A stretch of DNA of 64,000 nt, taken from Halomonas sp. (GTDB lineage: Bacteria; Pseudomonadota; Gammaproteobacteria; Pseudomonadales; Halomonadaceae). Both the position numbers and the translations under genes were made by a program. Below the pieces are notes generated by a model. The model worked only from the letters and a program-made list of their open reading frames with translations. It searched no databases and had not been told where the DNA came from. The stretch spans positions 1,757 through 65,756 of the forward strand of contig NZ_JAWSUJ010000011.1 in the NCBI RefSeq assembly GCF_033549285.1. The letters run 5' to 3'. Shown piece after piece: positions 44,670 to 54,466 of this stretch. Within the stretch, counting starts at the first letter, position 1; every line of letters begins with the position of its first letter.

Positions 44670-45461
44670 TTAGAAACAGTGCTCCTGGGCGGGGAAGCGG
44701 CGGGCCTTGACGTCCTCGTGGTAGCGGCGGAAGGCGCCCGGGATATCGTCGGCATCGACCATGAAGTTCTTCACGAAACGCGGCGTGCGCCCGTGGGTCA
44801 CCCCCAGCACATCGTGCATCACCAGGATCTGGCCGTCAGTGTCGGGGCCCGCGCCGATGCCGATCACCGGCACCTCCAGCGCCTCGCTCACCGCCCGGCC
44901 CAGGCTTGCCGGCACGCACTCGAGCAGGATCACCGAGGCGCCGGCCTCGACCAGCGCGCGGGCATCCTCGAGGATCCGGGTCGCCTGCTCGGCCTCACGC
45001 CCCTGCACCTTGTAGCCACCCAACTGGTAGACCGACTGGGGGGTCAGGCCGAGGTGGGCGCAGACCGGCGCGCCGCGCCGGGTCAGCTCGCGGATGCCGT
45101 CGGCCATCCAGGCCTCGCCCTCGACCTTGACCAGCTCGGCCCCGGCGCGCATCAGCGCGCCGGCATCCTGGAGCAGGCGCTCGGTACTCGAGTTGCTCAT
45201 GAAGGGCAGGTCGACCATCAGCAGGCTGGCGCTCTTGCCGCGGGCCACGCAGCGGGTGTGGTAGCAGACCTCGTCGAGGGTCACCGGCAGGGTGCTGGCG
45301 TGGCCCTGCAGGACCATGCCCAGGGAGTCGCCCACCAGCAGCACCTCGATGCCGGCCTCCCCGGCCGCACGGGCGAAGGAGGCGTCATAGGCGGTCAGGC
45401 AGCTGAACGGCTCACCGGCGCGCTTGAAGGCCTGCAGCGTGCTCAGGGTGACGGTTTTCAT
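44670..45461 (-). CDS. panB: 3-methyl-2-oxobutanoate hydroxymethyltransferase
   Basis: ORF 44670..45461 begins [54 protein letters not shown]. Confidence 0.95.
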   Translation of the reverse strand: MKTVTLSTLQAFKRAGEPFSCLTAYDASFARAAGEAGIEVLLVGDSLGMVLQGHASTLPVTLDEVCYHTRCVARGKSASLLMVDLPFMSNSSTERLLQDAGALMRAGAELVKVEGEAWMADGIRELTRRGAPVCAHLGLTPQSVYQLGGYKVQGREAEQATRILEDARALVEAGASVILLECVPASLGRAVSEALEVPVIGIGAGPDTDGQILVMHDVLGVTHGRTPRFVKNFMVDADDIPGAFRRYHEDVKARRFPAQEHCF

Positions 45462-45576
45462 GGCGTGCTCTCATCGTCGGGTCGTGGGAGGCCTCCGGCG
45501 GGCCTGCCTCGGTGTAACCCGAGATTGTTACCCGAATCATGCCGAAGTGTCGATAGGTAACAGTCTGGGGTGTTTC

Positions 45577-46089
45577 TCAGCCCTGGGGTAACGAGTCCTG
45601 CGGTAACACGGGCCTCAGGTCCCGAGCGTCGACCCCGGCGATCAGGTTCGCCAGGGGTCGACCGTCGAGTACCAGGTGCGGGGCCAGCTCGGCCAGCGGC
45701 ACCAGCACGAAGGCGCGCCGGGCCATCTCAGGATGCGGCAGCGTCAGCCGTGGCAGCGTGACCCGCTGGTCATCGAAGAGTAGCAGGTCCAGGTCCAGGG
45801 TCCGGGCGCCCCAGCGCCGGCCGCGCACGCGGCCGTGGCGCTGTTCCAGGGCCTGCAGCTGGTCGAGCAGGGCGAGCGGCGAGAGCCGCGTCTCCAGCTG
45901 GGCCACGGCATTGATGTAGTCCGGCTGGTCGGCGGGCCCCACCGGCGCGCTGGCATAGAGCCGCGAGGCGGCGACCCGGCGGGTCAGGGGCAGGCGGTCG
46001 AGCTCCCCGAGGGCGCGCTCGACATGTGCCCGCGGGCCATCGAGGTTGCTGCCCAGGCCGATCCAGGCAGCGTGCCGTGGCGGGCTCAT
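45577..46089 (-). CDS. folK: 2-amino-4-hydroxy-6-hydroxymethyldihydropteridine diphosphokinase
   Basis: Part of ORF 45577..46227, trimmed to the ATG at 46089, which overlaps the pcnB stop. The sequence is ...AWIGLGSNLDGPRAHVERAL...YASAPVGPADQPDYINAVAQLET...RWGARTLDLDLLLF. Confidence 0.92.
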   Translation of the reverse strand: MSPPRHAAWIGLGSNLDGPRAHVERALGELDRLPLTRRVAASRLYASAPVGPADQPDYINAVAQLETRLSPLALLDQLQALEQRHGRVRGRRWGARTLDLDLLLFDDQRVTLPRLTLPHPEMARRAFVLVPLAELAPHLVLDGRPLANLIAGVDARDLRPVLPQDSLPQG

Positions 46090-47483
46090 GTGTCGCTCGC
46101 GGGGCCCCGCGGCTTGCGGCGGCGACGGCGGCGCTTGCGCGGCTGACCGCTGCCCGCCGGGTCGGCGCCGACCTTGCCCAGCAGGCGGCGCTGCTCGTGC
46201 TCGTCGGCCTGCTGGAAGGCGGTCCACCAGTCGCCCAGGCCCGGTGCGATCTCGCCGGCCCCTTCGCGCAGCAGCAGGAAGTCGTAGGCGGCCCGGAAGC
46301 GCGGGTGCTCGCGGGTCTGGAAGACGCGCTTGCCGCGGCGCAGCGGCAGCCGCTGCTGCAGGTCCCAGATGTCGCGCATCGGCAGGCTGAAGCGCTTGGG
46401 AATGGAGATGTGCTGGAGCTGGCGCGAGACCACCTGCTGGGAGGCCGCCTGGAGCGCGGGGATGGGCGGCATGCCATCGGCCTCGAGGATCGCCTGGCGC
46501 TGCTGGACGGGAGCCCAGAGCAGGGCGGCGAACAGGAAGGCCGGCGTCACCGGGCGGTCCTCGGCGATGCGCCGGTCGGTGCTCTCCAGTGCCAGCTCGA
46601 CCAGGCGCTCGGCCCAGGGCAGATCCTCCATGGCCTCGTCGGCCTCGGGGAAGAGCATCGCGAAGAGCCCGTAGTCGCGCAGCAGGTGGAAGGTGGCCAC
46701 ACCCTGGCCAGCCATGAACAGCTTGAGGATTTCGTCGAACAGCCGCGCCGGGGGGATCTGCAGCAGCAGCGGCGCGGCGTCGTGGATGGGGGCCTCGGTG
46801 GCCGGGTCGAGGTGGAAGTCGAGCTTGGCGGCGAAGCGCACCGCCCTGAGCATCCGTACCGGGTCCTCGCGATAGCGGGTCGCCGGGTCGCCGATCAGCC
46901 GCAGGGTGCGGGCCTCGATGTCCTTTACGCCATCGGCGAAGTCGTGGATCGAGAAGTCGGCGATGTTGTAGTAGAGGGCATTGACGGTGAAGTCGCGGCG
47001 CAGGGCGTCTTCCTCGATGTTGCCCCAGACATTGTCGCGCAGCAGCAGGCCATCGTCCGACTGCTGGGAGATATGGTCGGCATGGTCATCGTTGGGCTTG
47101 CCGCGGAAGGTGGTGACCTCGATCACCTCGCGCCCGAAGCGGACGTGCACGATGCGGAAGCGCCGGCCGATGATGCGCGAGTTGCGAAACAGGTCCTTGA
47201 CCTGCTCCGGGGTGGCATCCGTGGCGACATCGAAGTCCTTGGGCATGTGGCCGAGCAGCGCATCGCGGATGCAACCGCCCACCAGGAAGGCCTGGAAGCC
47301 GGCATTGTGGAGCCGGTAGAGCACCTTGAGGGCGGCGTCGCTGAAGTGCTGACGCGAGACAGGGTGTTCCTGGCGGGGAATGATGCGCGGCCCGGTGTTG
47401 CCGGCCGGCGCATCCTGAGGGCCGAAGAGCGACTTGATGCGCTCGCCCGGACTCTGCAGAAAGCGGGTAAAACCTTTGATCAT
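46086..47483 (-). CDS. pcnB: poly(A) polymerase I
   Basis: Part of ORF 46086..47540. IIPRQEHPVSRQHFSDAALKVLYRLHNAGFQAFLVGGCIRD aligns to the E. coli PcnB N-terminal region. The ATG at 47483 gives a comparable N-terminal length; the GTG at 47540 is also possible. Confidence 0.92.
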   Translation of the reverse strand: MIKGFTRFLQSPGERIKSLFGPQDAPAGNTGPRIIPRQEHPVSRQHFSDAALKVLYRLHNAGFQAFLVGGCIRDALLGHMPKDFDVATDATPEQVKDLFRNSRIIGRRFRIVHVRFGREVIEVTTFRGKPNDDHADHISQQSDDGLLLRDNVWGNIEEDALRRDFTVNALYYNIADFSIHDFADGVKDIEARTLRLIGDPATRYREDPVRMLRAVRFAAKLDFHLDPATEAPIHDAAPLLLQIPPARLFDEILKLFMAGQGVATFHLLRDYGLFAMLFPEADEAMEDLPWAERLVELALESTDRRIAEDRPVTPAFLFAALLWAPVQQRQAILEADGMPPIPALQAASQQVVSRQLQHISIPKRFSLPMRDIWDLQQRLPLRRGKRVFQTREHPRFRAAYDFLLLREGAGEIAPGLGDWWTAFQQADEHEQRRLLGKVGADPAGSGQPRKRRRRRRKPRGPASDT

Positions 47484-47579
47484 GCGGCGATATCGACTCG
47501 CGGGACGCGGAAAGCGTTGAGTGTAGCCGACCACTGACACCTTGCAAAGCGCGGCACGGTGCCGAGGGTGGCCAGGAAG

Positions 47580-48080
47580 CAGAAAGGGGAGGCCATTGGC
47601 CTCCCCTGTAAGCAGGATGCAGCATCCCTGCTGCTGATTCTTCTTCGTGATGGCGCATCGCCCTGAATACGCACCACAGTCACCAAGGAGTGTTCAGGCA
47701 AGCGGTGTTGTTGTGTTTGTTGATGCTCCTGACGGCGACCGTCTCGTATTCAAAACAATAGTCCAACCACGACGGCATGGAAGCATGCCTCCTCCCGGCT
47801 TGTTGGTCTTGTTGCCGGGAGTGCACCTCGACGGCCCGTTGTCATTGTTGGTCGGCCGTACCCGGGTGCGTCGCGTCCTGATGGCTCCGGTGCTTCGAGC
47901 AGCTTGTTCTTGTTGGGGCCCGAAGGCCTCGCGCCGTGCCGATGCTGTTCTTGTTGTCGGCAAGCGCCGAAGTCGCAGGGGCCCGGGTGTCTTGTTGTTG
48001 TTGTCGGGTCGGGCCCTGTCACGCCTGGCTGTCCTGTTGTTGTTGTTGGCAGCGGGTGACATCCGGATTTGTTTTTCTTG
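47580..48080 (-). ncRNA. crcZ: candidate CrcZ-type sigma-54-dependent Hfq/Crc-titrating sRNA (about 0.5 kb)
   Basis: It lies in the cbrB-pcnB spacer, as crcZ does in Pseudomonas. It has a minus-strand -24/-12 promoter at 48106->48091, at least 8 A-rich (ARN)n tracts (AACAACAACAACA and similar), several of them in loops of GC stems, and a terminator hairpin at 47606->47586 followed by UUUCU. The ends are predicted, not mapped. Confidence 0.7.
47586..47606 (-). terminator. intrinsic terminator of the CrcZ-like sRNA
   Basis: GGGGAGGCC-AAU-GGCCUCCCC is followed by UUUCUGCUU on the minus strand. Confidence 0.7.
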
Positions 48081-48090
48081 CCCTAGGTGT

Positions 48091-48106
48091 AGCAGGTGGC
48101 GTGCCA
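48091..48106 (-). promoter_or_regulatory. sigma-54 (RpoN) -24/-12 promoter
   Basis: The minus strand reads TGGCACgccacCTGCT, compared with the consensus TGGCAC-N5-TTGCW. GG is at 48105/48104 and GC at 48093/48092. Confidence 0.7.
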
Positions 48107-48180
48107 TCAAAGAATAATATCTTAAAAAACAGATGGTTATTTCGGTGGAGAAAAGTTCACGCCCTGGCGTGCGGGTGGAG

Positions 48181-48231
48181 TGTTACCCGATCGGCCCCGT
48201 TGTGGGGCACGAGCTGTGTGGGAAGGTAACA
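48181..48231 (-). promoter_or_regulatory. putative CbrB upstream activating sequence (TGTTAC ... GTAACA)
   Basis: The inverted hexamers TGTTAC (48181-48186) and GTAACA (48226-48231) lie 75-125 nt upstream of the -24 element. An AT-rich block (48107-48150) lies in between. The half-sites match those reported for Pseudomonas CbrB, but the spacing is 39 nt rather than 14. Confidence 0.45.
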
Positions 48232-48320
48232 AATGGGGCAAACGGGGTGTCGGGAAGGAGGAAAGGCAGGCCCACGGACGATGCCGCGGGGCTTGCACCA
48301 TGGTCGCATGGCCGGCCGCC

Positions 48321-49686
<1,366 letters not shown>

Positions 49687-49709
<23 letters not shown>

Positions 49710-52647
49710 CGGTGCGTTCACCATGCTCTGGGTTGAGGGGCAGCCACAGGTGGATGCGGGTGCCCTTGGCCTGCCCGGGGGGCGGGGAGTCGATATCGAT
49801 CTGGCCGCCGTGCTCGGCAATGATGCTGTAGACCAGCGGCAGGCCGAGTCCCGTGCCTTCGCCGGGGGGCTTGGTGGTGGTGAAGGGCTCGAACAGGTGG
49901 TCGCGCACCCGCTCGTCGATGCCGTGCCCCTGGTCGGTGACGGTGACGTGAAGCCACTCGCCCTCTGGGGCGGCATCGATGACCACCTCGCCGCCCGGGG
50001 TGCTGGCATCGCGGGCATTGCCGAGCAGGTTGACCATCACCTGCAGCAGCCGCTGGGCATCGCCCTCGACCTCGAGGCCCGCCGGGCAGCGGTTGTGGTA
50101 GCGGATATCCTCCCCCGAGCGGGCCAGGTGGATCAAGTGCAGGGCCTCGTCGGTCAGCGAAGCCAGCGACACCGGAGCGAAGGGGCGGCCGGTCACGTGG
50201 CGGCCGCCGTGGGCGAACCCCACCAGCGACTCGACGATGCGCGAGATGCGGTCGGTGAGCTGCTGGATCTGGCTGGCGGTCTCCAGCACCTCCGGGTCAT
50301 CGGTATCGTAGCGCAGGTTCTGGGCCAGCGAGGAGATGCCGGTGACGGGGTTACCGATCTCGTGGGCCACGCCCGCCGCCAGCTGGCCGATGGAGGCCAG
50401 CCGGGCGGCATGCACCAGCTCGTCCTCCAGCCACTTCATCTCGCTGTGGTCCTCCACCAGGACCACGGTGCCGCCGCGCATCTCCTCGTCGGCCTCGAGC
50501 TCGGCCTTGTGCAGGCTCAGGTAGCGGGTGGTGCCGGCAAGCGTCACCGGCTGCTTGTAGAGATGGTCGTGATGCTCGAGGAGCACGCGCCCCAGCAGGT
50601 CCCCCCAGGGGGGCGGCAGGCCATCGCGGCGCGAGCCGACCACGCTGCTGCCGTCGATCCCGGAGAGCTCGGCGAGGGCGTCGTTCCACATCAGCAGCTC
50701 GTCGTCGACGCCGAAGGCGCACAGTCCCACCGGCAGTCGGGTGAGCATGCGGCGGTGGTAGCGGCGCAGGCCGTCGAGCTCACGGGCGAGCCCGGTCAGC
50801 CGGGTGCGATAGGCCTCCAGGCGGCTCTCGACGAAGTGGATGTCGTCGTTGGGCTCCAGGCCGCCGCGGCGATAGGGCAGGTGGCGGTCGACGATGTCCT
50901 GGGCCACCGAGGGGCCCATCAGCCCCGAGAGGTTGGCCTGGATGCGGTCGCGCAGCCGGCGCAGGGCATAGGGCCGGCCATCCAGCGGCGACAGGCCCAG
51001 GTCGGTCAGGGCGCGGTCGACCTCGCGACCGGCGACCTCCTCGCCCAGGGCGCGGGCCAGGTGGTGCTTGAACTCCTCGCCGTTGCCGGCCACCAGCGGC
51101 AGGCGCTTGGGACGGATCACCGCATCCACCGAGCAGGCCTCGGCCGCGGCCCGCTCCCCGGCGGAGGTGGGCGTGAGCAGCGAGACCAGGATGAGGGTCA
51201 GGATGTTGGCCGCCAGCGAGACCAGGGTCACCACGTACCATACCGGCTCGCCGGCCAGTGCCTCGAGGCCCGGCGGAAGCAGCACCAGGGCTGGAAAATC
51301 GCTCAGCAGGGGCACCCAGGTGCCGGCGAGCCACACCAGCACGCCCGCCGTCAGCCCGCTGACCATGCCCTTGCGGTTGGCGCCCGGCCAGTAGAGCAGC
51401 GCCAGCATGCCCGGCAGGCACTGGGCCATGCCGATGAAGGCGGCCAGCCCCAGGGTGGTGAGGTCGTGGTTCACCCCCACCAGGCGGTAGAAGAGCCAGC
51501 CGCCGAGGATCACCGCCACGATCAGGGCGCGGCGCAGCCAGCGCAGCCAGCGATAGAGGTCGGGCTGGTCCACCGGGGGGTGGGCGACCAGCACCAGGTG
51601 GTTGAGGATCATCCCCGACAGTGCCAGGGAGATGATGACCATGGTGCCGCTGGTAGCCGCCAGGCCGGCGATGAACACCAGCCCCTGGAGCCACAGCGAC
51701 TCGGAGAGCCCGTAGGCCAGGTAGGCGGTGCCGAGCCCGCCGGCATCGACCCCCAGGCGCTGGGCGGCCCACAGGATCAGCGGCACCGGCAGCGCCATCA
51801 GCAGCAGGAACAGCGGCAGCGTCCAGGCGGCCTGGAGGAGGGTGCGCCGCGAGAGGGTCTCGGCGAAGGTGATGTGGAACATGTGCGGCATCAGGAAGGC
51901 CGCGGCGAAGAACAGCAGCAGCAGGGTGCGCCACTGGGCCGGGTCGAGGTGGGCGACCCGCGCCTGGGCCGCGCGACCCGGCCCGTCCAGCCAGGCCTGG
52001 AGGTCCGCGGGGCCATCGAAGACCACGAACAGTGCGAAGGCCCCCAGGGCCAGCATGGCGACGAGCTTGACAAGCGACTCCAGGGCGATGACCGCGAGCA
52101 GGGTGTCGTGGCGGGCGTGGAGCCGGGTATGGCGGGCGCCGAAGAGGATGGCGAACAGCGCGATCAGCGCGTTGAACAGCAGGGCCAGCAGGGCCGGTGA
52201 GGCGGTGCCGGTCATCAGGTAGATGGTGTCGCCCAGGGTCTGCACCTGGAGGGCCAGCAGCGGCAGTACGGCCAGCAGGCTGACCAGGGTGATCAGGGTG
52301 CCGACCCAGCGCGAGCGGAAGCGGAAGGCGAAGAGGTCGGCGAGCGAGGCCAGCTGGTAGGTACGGGTCATGCGCTGGATCGGCACCAGCAGGACCGGGG
52401 CGAGCAGGAAGGCGCCCGCCACCCCCAGGTAGTAGGCGAGGTAGCCGTAGCCGGCATTGCCGGCCAGCTCCAGGCTGCCGTAGATCGCCCAGGCGCTGGC
52501 GTAGACGCCCAGCGCCAGGGTGTAGACCGCCGGGTGGCGGGCGATGCGCGTGGGAATCCAGTGCCGCTCCACCGCCAGGGCAACGAGGAACAGCAGCAGC
52601 AGGTAGCCGCTGCCGAGGGCCAGCAGGCCGCCGAGGCTAGCGTTCAT
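49687..52647 (-). CDS. cbrA: sensor histidine kinase CbrA (SLC5/sodium-solute-symporter-like domain, PAS, HisKA, HATPase)
   Basis: ORF 49687..52647 is 986 aa. It has about 13 N-terminal TM helices of SSSF type, a PAS domain, an H-box ([18 protein letters not shown]) and N/G boxes (GNARDA, GTGLGL). The architecture and size are diagnostic of CbrA. Confidence 0.9.
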
Positions 52648-52813
52648 CGAGCTTCCTCTTCTGCTCCAGCCACAGGGTCAGGGCGATCAACACGCCCCAG
52701 ATGACGAAGGGGCGGTACCAGGCCACCTCGGGGCTGGCCCAGCCGCTCATCAGCAGCGGCGAGAGCAGGTAGCCGCCGAAGACCAGGAACAGCATGATGC
52801 GATAGACGTACAT
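52637..52813 (-). CDS. cbrX: small two-TM membrane protein overlapping the cbrA start (cbrX-like)
   Basis: This ORF is not in the supplied track because it is under 60 aa. I translated it by hand: ATG at 52813, [61 protein letters not shown] at 52639-52637. The cbrA ATG (52647) lies inside its last codons (GATGAACGCTAG), which suggests translational coupling. Confidence 0.55.
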   Translation of the reverse strand: MYVYRIMLFLVFGGYLLSPLLMSGWASPEVAWYRPFVIWGVLIALTLWLEQKRKLDER

Positions 52814-52825
52814 GGCGGGCTCCTC

Positions 52826-53719
52826 TCAGGGCGCGAGGCTGCCGGCCTGGCGGTGGGCCTCGGCGCGCAGCCGGGTGATCTCCCAGTGGGCGACGGCCCA
52901 GCGCAGCTGCTCCGCCACCGGGGCCTTGGCAAGCTCCCGGGGCGGGGCCTGGTCCAGCGCGGCCAGGGCCGCGTGCAGCAGCGGGCGCACCGCATCGTCC
53001 CGCTCCGGCAGGGCCGGTGCCAGGTTCTGCTTGGAGAGCTTCTGGCCGTCCTCGCCGATGATCAGCGGCAGGTGCAGGTAGCGCGGTTCGGGATAGCCCA
53101 GGGCGTGCTGCAGCTGGCGCTGCCAGGGGGTGTTGTCGAGCAGGTCGAAGCCCCTCACCACGTCGCTGATGCCCTGCTCGGCATCGTCGACCACCACGGC
53201 GAGCTGGTAGGCCCAGAGGCCGTCCTTGCGCTGGAGCACCACGTCGCCGAGCTCGGCCGGGTCGAAGCACTGCTCGCCGAACAGCCGGTCCTGCCAGACC
53301 ACCGGTCGCAGGCCCAGGTCGCTGCGCAGCCGCCAGGCCACCGGCTTGCCGGGTTCGCGCACCCCATCCCGGCACCAGCCGGGGTAGACGCGATGCTCGC
53401 GCCACTGACGGCGCGAGCAGCTGCAGGGGTAGGCGAGCCCCAGGCCCTTGAGTCGCTCCAGGGCGGCGGCATAGGCGTCGTTTCGCTCATGCTGCCAGGT
53501 GACCGGGCCGTCCCAGTGCAGGCCGAAGGCCTCCAGCTGGCGCAGGATGGTGTCGGCGGCCCCGGCGGGGCAGCGCGGCGGGTCGATGTCCTCGATGCGA
53601 AGTAGCCACTCGCCGCCTGCCCGGCGGGCATCCAGGAAGCTGGCCAGGGCCGCCACCAGGGAGCCGAAGTGCAGGGGCCCCGAGGGGGTCGGCGCGAAGC
53701 GTCCCCGGTAGGCGCTCAC
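52826..53719 (-). CDS. gluQ: tRNA glutamyl-Q(34) synthetase GluQRS
   Basis: Part of ORF 52826..53752. An in-frame GTG at 53719 gives (M)[31 protein letters not shown], aligning with E. coli YadB. The TTG at 53752 is the alternative start. It lies downstream of dksA, as in E. coli. Confidence 0.9.
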   Translation of the reverse strand: MSAYRGRFAPTPSGPLHFGSLVAALASFLDARRAGGEWLLRIEDIDPPRCPAGAADTILRQLEAFGLHWDGPVTWQHERNDAYAAALERLKGLGLAYPCSCSRRQWREHRVYPGWCRDGVREPGKPVAWRLRSDLGLRPVVWQDRLFGEQCFDPAELGDVVLQRKDGLWAYQLAVVVDDAEQGISDVVRGFDLLDNTPWQRQLQHALGYPEPRYLHLPLIIGEDGQKLSKQNLAPALPERDDAVRPLLHAALAALDQAPPRELAKAPVAEQLRWAVAHWEITRLRAEAHRQAGSLAP

Positions 53720-53809
53720 CGGTTTCCCCCGTCGCGTAGGGCCGACATGCAAACGGGCACCCTGGGGTGCCCGTCGCGGGGTGGGATTGCGGAGACCGGC
53801 ATGGCCGCC

Positions 53810-54247
53810 TCAGCCGCCCAGCTGCTTTTCCTTGAGCTCGGCCAGGGTCTTGCAGTCCACGCACAGGGTGGCGGTGGGCCGTGCCTCGAGCCGGCGAATG
53901 CCGATCTCGACGCCGCAGGCCTCGCAGAAGCCGTAGTCGTCCTCGTCGATCTTCTCGAGGGTCTCGTTGATCTTCTTGAGCAGCTTGCGCTCGCGATCGC
54001 GGGTCCGCAGCTCCAGGTTGAAGCCCTCTTCCTGGGTGGCGCGGTCGGCGGGGTCGGCGTAGTTGTTCGCCTCCTCCTGCAGATGGCGCACGGTGCGGTC
54101 GACCTCTTCCATGAGCTCCTGTTTCCAGCCCAGCAGGATCTGTCGGAAGTGCTCCAGCTGCTTGTCGTTCATGTACTCTTCACCCGGCGCCGGCTCGTAC
54201 GGGGTGAATTTCTTGGGAGCATCCATCTTCTTTTCTGCTACTGGCAT
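53810..54247 (-). CDS. dksA: RNA polymerase-binding transcription factor DksA
   Basis: ORF 53810..54247 has a coiled coil with the DxxDxA tip (ADPADRATQEE) and a C4 zinc finger (CEACGVEIGIRRLEARPTATLCVDC). Confidence 0.96.
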   Translation of the reverse strand: MPVAEKKMDAPKKFTPYEPAPGEEYMNDKQLEHFRQILLGWKQELMEEVDRTVRHLQEEANNYADPADRATQEEGFNLELRTRDRERKLLKKINETLEKIDEDDYGFCEACGVEIGIRRLEARPTATLCVDCKTLAELKEKQLGG

Positions 54248-54466
54248 GGGACTGCCTCGTTACTTGAGTGACTACTGATCAATACCCGCCGTGATGCATG
54301 GTATCTCACGCCAAAGGGGTGCTTGTTTAGCGTAAAAAGCGCGGACGTGCAACCTCTTCCGCCGCCGGGACTGCGCCGGCACGCCAAAAGTCGTAACATG
54401 CCGGTTTTGACTCCCGGCCGCGGGAAAGATGCCCGTCGTGCCGCGACATGTCGAGAGGAGCCGTGC

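Noticed and set aside
47700-48060. The regularly spaced hairpins (about 45-nt period) looked superficially like a small CRISPR or other repeat-spacer array.
   Set aside because: The stems differ in sequence, and only the A-rich loops are similar. There is no conserved 24-40-bp direct repeat and no cas genes in the window. The promoter, terminator and synteny fit an sRNA.
47647-48117. A 156-aa plus-strand ORF (and minus-strand ORFs 47694-48110 and 47750-48022) inside the cbrB-pcnB spacer.
   Set aside because: Their composition (runs of LLLL/CCCC/VV or NNNK/TTTT) is simply the translation of the TTGTTGTT/AACAACAA tracts. There is no start context or domain. The region is better explained as the CrcZ-like RNA gene.
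52644-53405. A 253-aa minus-strand ORF overlapping gluQ and the cbrX-like ORF region.
   Set aside because: It is out of frame with the clearly recognisable GluQRS. It is Arg/Pro/Ala/Gly-rich with no motifs, so it is a GC-driven open frame.
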